From NCBI GenBank assembly GCA_943348815.1, contig CALQYT010000006.1:2501-66500 (forward strand): a stretch of DNA of 64,000 nucleotides, given 5' to 3'. Below, one piece after another: positions 7,298-16,354 of this stretch; the first letter of the stretch is position 1, and the number at the start of each line of letters is the position of its first letter. Position numbers and translations under genes: made by a program. The notes under the pieces are model-generated. The model was given only the letters and a program-made list of their open reading frames with translations, had not been told where the DNA came from and did not search any database. The stretch comes from Candidatus Nomurabacteria bacterium (GTDB taxonomy: Bacteria; Patescibacteriota; Minisyncoccia; Phycocordibacterales; SBAW01).

Positions 7298-8944
7298 CTA
7301 CAGCGGCCTGCCTGCCGGCAGGCAGGCTTTGAGGAACGCCACAAACAGCGGGTGCGGAGTAAGCGGCCGGGAGAGAAACTCGGGATGGAATTGCGTGCCC
7401 AACATAAAGGGGTGTGCCTCGCGCGGCAGCTCGGCTATCTCCATCAAGTTGTGATCGGGCGAGGTGCCACTAAATTTGAGCCCCGCTTCGGTGAGTTTAA
7501 TAACCGCATTTAGGTTGACCTCGTAGCGATGACGATGGCGCTCCTGCACCTCTTCGACATCCCCATACGCCTCGCGGGCAATCGTGTCATGGCGCAGTTT
7601 GCACGGGTACGTGCCGAGCCGCATCGTGCCACCGAAGTCGGCTTTCTCCATTTTTTCTTTCTGGTGCTCCATAATATGGATCACCGGATTGCGCGCGTCG
7701 GGTTTAATTTCGGCCGTGTGGGCGTCGGGGATCTTGGCAACATTGCGCGCGTACTCTACTACCATCAGCTGCATGCCGTAGCAGAGGCCAAAGTACGGGA
7801 TTTTATTTTCGCGGGCAAAGCGGATGGCCGCAATAATCCCCTCTACCCCACGACTGCCAAACCCGCCGGGCACCAATATGCCCTGGTATTGTTTTAGTTC
7901 TTCGAGCTTCGCCGGATCTTTTTCGTACACCTCCGAATCGAGGTATGCCAGCTTAACTTTGACATCCTGAGCGGCGCCCGCATGCTTCATCGCCTCGATG
8001 ACCGAAATGTAAACATCAGAGAGCACATAGTCGCCCGACATAAAATATTTACCGACCACCGCAATCGAAATTTCTTTCTGCGGATTTTTTGTTTTTGTTA
8101 CAAATGACTCCCAATCTTTGAGGTTACTCGGGCGCTTGTCGAGCCCCAGCACATCGCACAAAATGTCACCCATGCCGTCTTTTTCGTAATTAAGCGGCAC
8201 ATCGTAGATTGAGTCGACATCGGGCGCCGAAATAACATGATCGGGGTTGATGTTGCAGAAGATGCCTATCTTTTCTTTGCGTTTAGCGTCGATGGGCACT
8301 GCCGCGCGGGCAAGAATGATGTCTGCTTGCAACCCTACCGAGTTGAGTGAGCGCGCCGCATACTGCGTGGGCTTGGTCTTCATCTCGCCGATATTGTGCG
8401 GGATGGGTACATAGGAAACCATCACCACCGCCACATCGCGCGGATTTTTGTTTTTGAGCATGCGCGCCGCCTCCAAAAAGATGATGTTTTGATATTCGCC
8501 GATCGTGCCGCCTATTTCGATAATCGTCACCTCAGACTGCGCGGCCTTTTGCGCCTCGTCGATACGGCGCAACACCTCGAGCGGCACATCGGGCACCACC
8601 TCGACGTTATTGCCTTTGTACTCAAGATTGCGCTCTTTGCGGATTATTTCTTGATACACACGACCGGTGGTCATGTAATTGATGCTCGGCAATGTCTCGC
8701 TGAGAAAGCGCTCGTAGTTGCCCATGTCCTGGTCGGTCTCGTAGCCATCGTCGAGCACAAACACCTCGCCATGCACGGTCGGATTCATCGTCCCGGCATC
8801 AATGTTGATGTACGGGTCGATTTTGATCGCCGTAACTTTAAACCCTTTGGATTTTAAAATCCGCCCGATCGATGATGTTGCGACTCCTTTCCCTATCCCA
8901 GACATTACCCCGCCCACTACAAAAATGTATTTCGGCGCCGCCAT
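7298..8944 (-). CDS. pyrG: CTP synthase
   Basis: KYIFVVGGVMSGIGKG, KIDPYIN.DAGTMNP, EMKTKPTQ, GLCYGMQ, ERHRHRYEVN, QFHPEF. Confidence 0.98.
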   Translation of the reverse strand: MAAPKYIFVVGGVMSGIGKGVATSSIGRILKSKGFKVTAIKIDPYINIDAGTMNPTVHGEVFVLDDGYETDQDMGNYERFLSETLPSINYMTTGRVYQEIIRKERNLEYKGNNVEVVPDVPLEVLRRIDEAQKAAQSEVTIIEIGGTIGEYQNIIFLEAARMLKNKNPRDVAVVMVSYVPIPHNIGEMKTKPTQYAARSLNSVGLQADIILARAAVPIDAKRKEKIGIFCNINPDHVISAPDVDSIYDVPLNYEKDGMGDILCDVLGLDKRPSNLKDWESFVTKTKNPQKEISIAVVGKYFMSGDYVLSDVYISVIEAMKHAGAAQDVKVKLAYLDSEVYEKDPAKLEELKQYQGILVPGGFGSRGVEGIIAAIRFARENKIPYFGLCYGMQLMVVEYARNVAKIPDAHTAEIKPDARNPVIHIMEHQKEKMEKADFGGTMRLGTYPCKLRHDTIAREAYGDVEEVQERHRHRYEVNLNAVIKLTEAGLKFSGTSPDHNLMEIAELPREAHPFMLGTQFHPEFLSRPLTPHPLFVAFLKACLPAGRPL

Positions 8945-8957
8945 TTAATTATCAGTA

Positions 8958-9887
8958 CTATATCTTCAAATACCGCTGGACCGCAAGCCAGCTGGCGGCC
9001 GCACCCAGCACGACACCCGTGCCAATAATGATCCCAAAGATCGAGAAGAAGTGACTGACGTAGTAGCTAAAAACATTTACCCCGCCAAAAAAGTTGCCGG
9101 TGGGGCCGCCGAGCCACCAGGTAAGTGGGTAGAAGATGAGCAGCGTAATCACGCCGGCCACTAAGCCATAGAGTATGCCCTCGACAATAAAGGGTCCGCG
9201 CACATAGAGCGCCCCGGCACCCACCAAACGCATAACCTGGATTTCGTCGCGGCTGGTGTAGATCGCAAGGCGCAAGGTGTTAAAGGAAATCGCGAGCGTA
9301 ATGAGGATGAGTATGCCGACAATCCAGCGACCAAGCACTTGGGCGGAGTTGGTGATGTACTGCAAACGCTCAAGCGCGGCGCGGTGCTGCTCGTCATAAA
9401 AGTTAATTTTGTCGATGACCGAGCTGGCGCCGTCTTGCGTTTGCTGGTCTTGCAAGAAGGTCGCGATGGTTTCGTATTGCGAAATATCTTTGGCTTTGAC
9501 GTTCAACACGGCGCCAAGCGGGTTGTCGGGCAACTCGTCGAGCGCTTGCAAGGTAAGCTGGTCGTTTTTATGGCGGTCTCTAAACTGCGCCAACGCCTCG
9601 TCGCGTGAGAGGTATTGTACCGAGGCCACTTCGGGCAGGGCCTCGAGCGAGGCCTTCATCTCTAAAATCCGATCTTCGGGTGCTTGGGTGGTGAAGTACA
9701 CGTTGACGTCGGCCTTGTCGCGGAGCTCTTGGAGTGCCGAGCCCAAAATCACGCCGGCAAAAATAGTCATGCCTACCGTAAAGAGCGTCACCGTCATGAC
9801 GAGTATCGAGGCGATAGACACAAAGGCGTTGCGGGAGAAGTCGAGTACCCCCGCGCGCAAAACTCGTTTAAAGAGTACCCACTTCAT
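8958..9887 (-). CDS. ftsX: Cell division permease FtsX
   Basis: Four-TM topology; NTLRLAIYTSRDEIQVMRLVGA...VRGPFIVEG. Confidence 0.93.
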   Translation of the reverse strand: MKWVLFKRVLRAGVLDFSRNAFVSIASILVMTVTLFTVGMTIFAGVILGSALQELRDKADVNVYFTTQAPEDRILEMKASLEALPEVASVQYLSRDEALAQFRDRHKNDQLTLQALDELPDNPLGAVLNVKAKDISQYETIATFLQDQQTQDGASSVIDKINFYDEQHRAALERLQYITNSAQVLGRWIVGILILITLAISFNTLRLAIYTSRDEIQVMRLVGAGALYVRGPFIVEGILYGLVAGVITLLIFYPLTWWLGGPTGNFFGGVNVFSYYVSHFFSIFGIIIGTGVVLGAAASWLAVQRYLKI

Positions 9888-9973
9888 TTAACAAAAGTAT
9901 AACCGATTTTTTCGCAGGCCCAAATGAAGCGCTCAATAAATAAAAACCGCGCCCACTGAGGACGCAGTCAAAA

Positions 9974-10351
9974 TCAGGATGTGGGGCGGACCGCTTCGAT
10001 GATCGAAAAGCCGTTCTCGTCGAAGGTGACCTTAACCCATGTCCGGCTGAGGCGGCCGAAGGTGTTCGACAACACCTCCCGAAGATTAATGACCTCGCGG
10101 TTGGGGCGCTCCGGATCACACAGCCAACCAGACTTGTGATCGTACCGGTAGAAGGCGCCGACACCTTGAACATCTTCATAGCGAAACGTGGCTCCCCGGG
10201 TGGGACTGTGGCTGGCAAACTTGCCGTCAGCCGCCACGAGCGTAGTCTCGACGAGTTTGTGGAGCTCGATAGTGTGCTTTTCCATGGTCTCCAGAAACCA
10301 GGAATCGCGGCTCGACACCCTCAAGGTACCGGAATATTCCTCTGTTGGCAT
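9974..10351 (-). CDS. Hypothetical protein
   Basis: 125-aa ORF with its own near-consensus promoter. Confidence 0.6.
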   Translation of the reverse strand: MPTEEYSGTLRVSSRDSWFLETMEKHTIELHKLVETTLVAADGKFASHSPTRGATFRYEDVQGVGAFYRYDHKSGWLCDPERPNREVINLREVLSNTFGRLSRTWVKVTFDENGFSIIEAVRPTS

Positions 10352-10398
10352 CAGGTTTCCCCTTGTTGCGGCCCAGCCGCGTGGAACGAATCGGCAAC

Positions 10399-10427
10399 AC
10401 TGTACAAAAAAACACTAAGACTGTCAA
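10399..10427 (-). promoter_or_regulatory. Sigma70-type promoter
   Basis: TTGACA-N17-TACAGT on the minus strand. Confidence 0.7.
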
Positions 10428-11512
10428 CTAAGGGAGGCGACCTCGCCCGCGTAATTTGTTTTCATCGCCTCCCGAAAATCTGCAATGTTTGCCGCAATAC
10501 CATTACCCAAAAGCCAACGTACCTTTACATCCACCGCAACGTCGGTGTGGTCATAACATGGGATACCGCCGGCTTTAATAGCCGCGAGACCAGTTTCATA
10601 ATGGGTCGCCACCGCACTGCCGCCGGGAAACTTTGTGGTTATAAAAATAGGTACCAAATATTCTTCGGTTGCTTGTTTGATGACTGGGAGCAAATTATAT
10701 TGACCTTCTGAACATACGTTACCTTCTCCTAGAGATTTAAAGATCATTGCGGAGACACCACCATTGGTAATGAAACCTAGTACTACATTTGGGTCGATAC
10801 CTGGTGCCAACTCAAAGCCAATCACTCCCCTACCAAACTTGGGTGCAAGATTTATTTTCTCCTGTGCGTCAACTTTCATCTTTACAAGATTCTTCTTGAG
10901 ATGCACCCCGTTTGAATCTATCGAGCCCACATCAGGGTACGAGGGGGATTGAAACGCATCGAACCGCTTTTCGCTCAATTTGAGCGCCCGGCAACCGAGC
11001 AAAACTTTGTCCCAAAAATTTACTAACACGTCGGCTACACCAATCCTTATCGCTTCATCTAAGGTCCTAAAAAGATTTTCAAGATTGAATCGGCCGTCCC
11101 CACCCGGTTCGTAGATAGGATTTTGTGAGCCAGTCAAACAAACAGGGATACGCAAGCCGCTTTTGCCCGGATCTTTACCATGCAAGGCCAACGACAGTGC
11201 AGTCGCGGTGTATGCAAGCGTGTCTGTGCCATGGGCGATAGCGACACCGTCATATCCTTCTTCATCTTGAGCTTTCTTAACTCTAAAAATAAGTTTCTCC
11301 CAATCGTTTGGGGTCATGTTAGAGCTATCTTTGGCGGTCACAAACTCAAACACAACCTCCATATCCTTCTTAACCTTTTCTATCGCGGGTTCACAAGCGA
11401 TCTGAAAGATTTTGCTATCTTTTGGAGGAACTAAAACTATCTGCCCATCCCGCTCTTCGGGGACTTGTCCGATGGTTCCACCATTGTAGAGAAATAAAAC
11501 GCGTTTCTTCAT
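10424..11512 (-). CDS. ansA: L-asparaginase, type I / GatD-like
   Basis: NGGTI, DSSNM, HGTDT, LTGSQ and FDAFQS motifs. Confidence 0.88.
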   Translation of the reverse strand: MKKRVLFLYNGGTIGQVPEERDGQIVLVPPKDSKIFQIACEPAIEKVKKDMEVVFEFVTAKDSSNMTPNDWEKLIFRVKKAQDEEGYDGVAIAHGTDTLAYTATALSLALHGKDPGKSGLRIPVCLTGSQNPIYEPGGDGRFNLENLFRTLDEAIRIGVADVLVNFWDKVLLGCRALKLSEKRFDAFQSPSYPDVGSIDSNGVHLKKNLVKMKVDAQEKINLAPKFGRGVIGFELAPGIDPNVVLGFITNGGVSAMIFKSLGEGNVCSEGQYNLLPVIKQATEEYLVPIFITTKFPGGSAVATHYETGLAAIKAGGIPCYDHTDVAVDVKVRWLLGNGIAANIADFREAMKTNYAGEVASLS

Positions 11513-11554
11513 ATCCGCTTTATCTTAATACAAACACTACCTTTGTCTACTAAC

Positions 11555-11579
11555 AAAAAACGCGCCTCGACGGCGCGTT
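11555..11579 (-). terminator. Rho-independent terminator
   Basis: aacgcgccgtcgaggcgcgttttttg on the minus strand. Confidence 0.7.
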
Positions 11580-11591
11580 CCTATTAGAAAA

Positions 11592-11840
11592 CTACAGCCC
11601 CCGAACCTTCTTCAAAACAACTTTCGTAAGTTCGTCGCCGTCGTTGAGGTGCGAACCGGGGGCATCAGACCACATACTCGTTATTTCGTAGGTGCCGTCA
11701 GGGACTTTAAAACCCGGCGGCCCAAAACCGACGTAAGAACCCCAAGTCAAACGGCTGTGGTGGTAAACCCAGGTGTGCTTACTCGTATAGGTCAGGATGA
11801 TGCGACCCTTGGTGTTTTTCAGCTTGACGACAGTGGCCAT
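11592..11840 (-). CDS. Hypothetical protein (82 aa)
   Basis: AGGAGG SD, TTGACA at 11897-11902, terminator downstream. Confidence 0.7.
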   Translation of the reverse strand: MATVVKLKNTKGRIILTYTSKHTWVYHHSRLTWGSYVGFGPPGFKVPDGTYEITSMWSDAPGSHLNDGDELTKVVLKKVRGL

Positions 11841-11915
11841 CCAGCTCTCCTCCTAGGTAGACTGTTCGCTCAGAATATCCCTAAAAACGCCTACTCTGTC
11901 AACTAGAATTTAGAA

Positions 11916-12596
11916 TTACAGAATATACTTCCCCTCCTTGTCGTCGCGGATTACTTTGCCGCGGTCCATCGTGATGACACGTTTTTTGAGAGAATCGATG
12001 ACGCCCTTGTTGTGAGTCGTGAGAATAATTGTCGTGCCCAAGTCGTTGATCTTTTTTAAAATCTGCACTATCTCAAACGTGTTGACCGGGTCGAGGTTAC
12101 CCGTCGGCTCGTCGGCGACAATGACATCGGGTTGGTTAACAATCGCGCGGGCAATCGCCACGCGCTGTTGTTCGCCGCCCGAGAGCTCGTGGGGGAAGTT
12201 ATTCATCTTGTCGCCGAGGTCTACCAACTCGAGCACGTGCGGCACGTCGGAGTGGATCTCTGCCTCGGGCTTACCGGAGGCTTCCATTGCAAAGGCGATG
12301 TTTTCGTAGGCGGTTTTGTTGGGGAGGAGCCGGAAGTCCTGAAAGACCGTCCCGATTTTGCGGCGCAAAGTGTTTATTTTTGAGGTCGGCATCTCATGCA
12401 CGTTGATAGACTCAAAAAACACCGAGCCGGTCGTCGGCTTTTCCTCGGCCAAGAGCATCTTAACCAGCGTTGTCTTTCCCGCGCCGGAGTGCCCGACGAG
12501 CGAAATAAACTCCCCCGGCTCTACCGAGAAGGAAACGTCTTCAAGCGCAACGGAGTTATCAGCGTAAATTTTGCTTACGCGGTCGTAATAGATCAT
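11916..12596 (-). CDS. ftsE: Cell division ABC ATPase FtsE
   Basis: [40 protein letters not shown]. Confidence 0.96.
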   Translation of the reverse strand: MIYYDRVSKIYADNSVALEDVSFSVEPGEFISLVGHSGAGKTTLVKMLLAEEKPTTGSVFFESINVHEMPTSKINTLRRKIGTVFQDFRLLPNKTAYENIAFAMEASGKPEAEIHSDVPHVLELVDLGDKMNNFPHELSGGEQQRVAIARAIVNQPDVIVADEPTGNLDPVNTFEIVQILKKINDLGTTIILTTHNKGVIDSLKKRVITMDRGKVIRDDKEGKYIL

Positions 12597-12605
12597 TGGA
12601 CCGTA

Positions 12606-13466
12606 TTATTGTACTAAAAAAGGCTCGAGATTGCCATCCAGTACTCCCGCAGCATCCCGCACCTCAACATTAGTTCGGTGGTCTTTAACCAATTGATACG
12701 GATGGAGCACATACGAGCGGATTTGGTTGCCCCATTCAATCTTGCCTGCCGCAACCGAGAGGTCGGATATTTTTTCTTTGCGCTCTTCTTCCATCTTTCG
12801 CAGGAGTTTTGCGGTGAGTATCGCGAGCGCCTTTTCTTTATTGGCCCCTTGGGTGCGCTCGCCGTCGACGTGCGCCGAAAGGTTAGTTGGTTTGTGCACA
12901 ATGCGCACGGCCGTCTCGCGTTTGTTAACGTTTTGCCCGCCGGGGCCCGAGGAGCGCGCCACGGTAATCTCTAAATCTTTTTCGTCCAGCTCGATGGCTG
13001 CCACCTTTTGCAGCACCGGCAGTACTTCGACTAACACAAAGGAGGTATGACGCTTTTCGTTAGCATTAAACGGCGAGATCCGCACCAGCCGGTGCACGCC
13101 GTACTCTCCCTTCAATACTCTATAGATATTTTTTCCTTCGATCTCGATAGAAACATTGCGGTAGCCGCCATGGTCGTTTTTATTTTCGTGCAAAACTTTT
13201 ACGCCCCAGCCGTGCTTCTCTATATATTTGCGATACATCGCCAACAGCATTTGGGCAAAGTCTTCGGCGTCATCGCCGCCAGCGCCCGCTACCAGCGATA
13301 GTATCGCCCCGCCGCGGTCGTAGGCACTCCCACCCTCGGCCTCTGTCTTTAAATCCTGCAGCTCTTTAATAAGCGCTTGCGCCTCGGTAGGGTTGCTCCA
13401 AAAATCCGCCGCCTGCATCGCGACTTCTATCTCTTTAATACGTAGTTCTATGGCCTCCTTTTCCAC
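12606..13466 (-). CDS. prfB: Peptide chain release factor 2 (short form)
   Basis: [11 protein letters not shown] (SPF specificity tripeptide), [22 protein letters not shown]. Confidence 0.95.
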   Translation of the reverse strand: MEKEAIELRIKEIEVAMQAADFWSNPTEAQALIKELQDLKTEAEGGSAYDRGGAILSLVAGAGGDDAEDFAQMLLAMYRKYIEKHGWGVKVLHENKNDHGGYRNVSIEIEGKNIYRVLKGEYGVHRLVRISPFNANEKRHTSFVLVEVLPVLQKVAAIELDEKDLEITVARSSGPGGQNVNKRETAVRIVHKPTNLSAHVDGERTQGANKEKALAILTAKLLRKMEEERKEKISDLSVAAGKIEWGNQIRSYVLHPYQLVKDHRTNVEVRDAAGVLDGNLEPFLVQ

Positions 13467-13484
13467 TCGCCCACTATAACAAAC

Positions 13485-14450
13485 TTATACCGCGGCAGAG
13501 CGCACGGGCTTTTGGTCAGTGTTGGTATTTTGCTCTGTGCGTTGCGGCGCTTGCTTTGCATCCCATCGGCCCCCCGCTGGACGGGCGGTCGGAATTGCGG
13601 CAAGAGTGCTTTTAAACGTGCTTGCCGAAAGTGGGTCGAGGTCGGTAAGATTCTCTACCAAACCTGCGAGTAATTTTTTACGTGTCGCAGGGTTCATGGT
13701 GAGCGCCTCTTTAAGCATCGAGGTTATCGAAACGCCAGCCAGCAGGGCAATTTTTGGCTGCTTATCCTCTGTTGCAAGACCTCGCGCCACTGTATGCAAC
13801 TTTTCAGCAATAGCTAGCGCTCTTAGCTTGAGCGTAAAATCCGCCAACCCCTGCCACTCCAACACTTTTCCGGTGAGCTCGTCTACCACCTCACGGGTCG
13901 GATTATGAGGGATCTTTCCTACCACAGACATAATACCCGGCGCGTTCAAATATAAACCTCCGGCGGCCAGGATAGTGGCGGAGTCTCCCATAATTTTAAA
14001 AAACTCACGACGATTTACGTATATGCTGAAATACAAGGCTGCTGTAGCCAAGGCCAGAAAGGCCGCGCCAACGTTGCTTCGCTGCTCTAACTTCTGCATT
14101 TCGGCTTTCGCCGCCGACGGCGGAAGAGGTGTATTAACTCCAAAGACGGGCAAATTTTTTTCTCGCGCGGCAATTATCAATGCCCGCGCATGTTGCAATG
14201 ATCCTTTATACTCTCCCGCTTCAACTGACTGTAACACTCGGGCCCACTCTTGCTCGTCACCGTCATAACCACTGTCTAGCTCAAGCAGCGATACGGCGAG
14301 TGCATCTACTTCGCCCAATGCTTCAGGCGGCACCGGGCCATGCCCAAGACTAATGAGTCGAGCAACACTCCCGCCAGCAAAAGGTACCTCGATAACATTT
14401 TTTAGTTTTTCCTGAGCGGGCGGCCTAGAAAATGCATCCCCTATATCCAT
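13485..14450 (-). CDS. Hypothetical membrane protein
   Basis: 321 aa; a central TM helix is followed by an NRREFFK motif. Confidence 0.7.
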   Translation of the reverse strand: MDIGDAFSRPPAQEKLKNVIEVPFAGGSVARLISLGHGPVPPEALGEVDALAVSLLELDSGYDGDEQEWARVLQSVEAGEYKGSLQHARALIIAAREKNLPVFGVNTPLPPSAAKAEMQKLEQRSNVGAAFLALATAALYFSIYVNRREFFKIMGDSATILAAGGLYLNAPGIMSVVGKIPHNPTREVVDELTGKVLEWQGLADFTLKLRALAIAEKLHTVARGLATEDKQPKIALLAGVSITSMLKEALTMNPATRKKLLAGLVENLTDLDPLSASTFKSTLAAIPTARPAGGRWDAKQAPQRTEQNTNTDQKPVRSAAV

Positions 14451-14473
14451 GCGGCCACTCTATCACACGTTTT

Positions 14474-14549
14474 TGGAGCCAGAGGCCGGGATCGAACCGG
14501 CGACCTGCGGTTTACGATACCGCTGCTCTACCAACTGAGCTACTCTGGC
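14474..14549 (-). tRNA. tRNA-Thr(CGT)
   Basis: GCCAGAGTAGCTCAGTTGGTAGAGC...GCGGT-ATCGTAA-ACCGC...GGTTCGATCC...CTCTGGCTCCA. Confidence 0.96.
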
Positions 14550-14576
14550 GTACTACCCTACTCCGGAATACCCGGG

Positions 14577-14649
14577 AGCCGAAGCCCGGAATCGAACCGG
14601 GGACCTACTCCTTACCATGGAGTTGCTCTACCATCTGAGCTACTTCGGC
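14577..14649 (-). tRNA. tRNA-Thr(GGT)
   Basis: GCCGAAGTAGCTCAG...ACTCC-ATGGTAA-GGAGT...GGTTCGATTCC; CCA not encoded. Confidence 0.96.
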
Positions 14650-14705
14650 AATGCAAAAACAGTATCGCATTTCTGCGCTTTTGGCGAGCCCAAAAAAATA
14701 AGCGA

Positions 14706-15314
14706 CTAGTCTACGGTACGTATAGTGGAAGCTTCAACGGTGAGTTGCGAAGTGTCCGACTGGAGCGTGCCGTTGATTGTAATGGTGTCGCCAACGTGCA
14801 CGTTGGCTAGTGAAATAGTTTTGCCGTCGTGATTGAGTACCCGCGTACCAAAATGTCGTGCACCGTAATCTTGTCCGTTGGTGGTTACTAGCCACGTAAA
14901 GTCTGCTCCGCCCCAGAGCGTTCGTACCAAAAGTTGTGAGCTGCTGACCGATTGCACTTGCGCATTGCGCAACAGCACCAAACCGGTGGGTGCAATGTGC
15001 ATCTCGACCATGGAGCTCTGCTCGGCAACCATGCTCACCGGTGCCTCAACACCCGCAAAAGCGGGGCGCGCTGCCGCCATCGAGAGAGCAAAAGCTCCCA
15101 CCGCAATTCCAAAAAAGGCGGAGGTAACAAAAAGTGCGGCAAAAGGCCGTTCGCGCACTATTGTCGGCGCGTACTGCCACACGCGGCCAAAAACACCGCC
15201 GAATATTCCTTCGATCTCTCTACCCAACCCAGCAGCGTCGGTATGCAGTTTGCGCGCGGCTTCGGTAGCAGCCGTTGAAAAATCTTGTGCGACAAGTTGG
15301 GGTTGAGAGCTCAT
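14706..15314 (-). CDS. Hypothetical membrane-anchored protein
   Basis: Probable start MSSQPQ (15314); TM helix then a beta-rich, OB-like domain. The longer track ORF extends into a non-coding tRNA-associated element. Confidence 0.7.
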   Translation of the reverse strand: MSSQPQLVAQDFSTAATEAARKLHTDAAGLGREIEGIFGGVFGRVWQYAPTIVRERPFAALFVTSAFFGIAVGAFALSMAAARPAFAGVEAPVSMVAEQSSMVEMHIAPTGLVLLRNAQVQSVSSSQLLVRTLWGGADFTWLVTTNGQDYGARHFGTRVLNHDGKTISLANVHVGDTITINGTLQSDTSQLTVEASTIRTVD

Positions 15315-15361
15315 CAACACACAATACGCAGGATATGATGAAGCCCCCATGAGTAAATCTA

Positions 15362-15530
15362 TGCGCGAGAGACGGGCTTGGCTTTCGGTCGAACCTTGCC
15401 GTCGCAAAGTTCGCCTGCAGCCCCGGCTCGGTATTTTGCAAGTGCAAAATATACCTCCGCCGTTCAAGTCCCTCGGCAAGCACGCTTGCCGCTCTCGCTA
15501 CGCAAAAATCCCCCTGCGGGGATTTTTGTC
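15362..15530. repeat. tRNA-Asp-derived structured repeat element
   Basis: tgcgcgagagacggg duplicated (15362-15376, 15531-15545); inverted copy of the tRNA T-arm/acceptor strand with an inserted hairpin; further hairpins. Confidence 0.7.
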
Positions 15531-15532
15531 TG

Positions 15533-15606
15533 CGCGAGAGACGGGACTTGAACCCGCAACCTCGTCCGTGACAGGGACGCGCTCTAACCAGTTGAGCTAC
15601 TCCCGC
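15533..15606 (-). tRNA. tRNA-Asp(GTC)
   Basis: GCGGGAGTAGCTCAACTGGTTAGAGC...CGTCC-CTGTCAC-GGACG...GGTTCAAGTCC. Confidence 0.96.
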
Positions 15607-15738
15607 ATTTTGTTGAGTCCCGACGCCTGGGTCGGGAGGCCGACCAAAGCGTCGGCCCTACTCCCGCAAAAGCTAACCTTCAATAACCGAGGGCAAGCAG
15701 GCGCATTCTAGCGTAAAACGAGCGCCCTTTCCAGCGCA

Positions 15739-16113
15739 TTAATTCCGGTCGCGGCGGTCTTTGAGCTCGCGAAATTTGCGGAATTCTGCTTCGAGCATCT
15801 CAAGCTCCGAGTCTTCCATCTCTTCGATATCAATTAATTTATTGCGCGCCGGGCCGATAGCTTTAATGAGCTCGTCGAGCTTAAGATGCACGGCATGCGA
15901 GTCGCGGTTTTGGGTGTTTTGAATCAAGAAAACCATCAAGAAGGTCAAAATCGTCGTGCCTGTGTTTATCACCAACTGCCAGGTGTTGGAGTAGTCGAAC
16001 CACGGTCCGGTGAGGGCCCACACCACCACCAATAAAAATGCCAGCATAAACGCCCACGAGCTGCCCACCAGCTCGGCGGTTTTGTGTGCAATACGGCGAA
16101 ATACTTCGTGCAT
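15739..16113 (-). CDS. Low-affinity iron permease family protein (Fet4-like)
   Basis: WQLVINTGTTILTFLMVFLIQNTQNRD..A.HLKLDELI signature. Confidence 0.92.
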   Translation of the reverse strand: MHEVFRRIAHKTAELVGSSWAFMLAFLLVVVWALTGPWFDYSNTWQLVINTGTTILTFLMVFLIQNTQNRDSHAVHLKLDELIKAIGPARNKLIDIEEMEDSELEMLEAEFRKFRELKDRRDRN

Positions 16114-16143
16114 GTTCCTAGTATACCCCTTTTAATCTGCGAG

Positions 16144-16217
16144 TACCGGGGGTGGGAGTTGCACCCACGACCTCAGCGTTATGAATGCTGTGCTCTTACT
16201 AACTGAGCTACCCCGGT
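16144..16217 (-). tRNA. tRNA with CAT anticodon (elongator Met or Ile2)
   Basis: ACCGGGGTAGCTCAG...CAGCA-TTCATAA-CGCTG...; positions 1:72 are paired. Confidence 0.9.
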
Positions 16218-16266
16218 ATGCAGGAAAAATACCACGCAACGAGCGCTTTTCCAAATTAACTTCTTG

Positions 16267-16338
16267 TTGCGGGGGCGGGAATTGCACCCGCGACCTTCAG
16301 GTTATGAGCCTGACGAGCTACTACTGCTCCACCCCGCG
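16267..16338 (-). tRNA. Initiator tRNA-fMet(CAT)
   Basis: CGCGGGGTGGAGCAG...TCAGG-CTCATAA-CCTGA...; C1:A72 mismatch. Confidence 0.93.
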
Positions 16339-16354
16339 ATATATGAAAAGTATA

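Noticed and set aside
13440-13500. Programmed +1 frameshift in prfB
   Set aside because: No CTT-TGA site; the GTG start has its own -10 box and the upstream ORF is unrelated.
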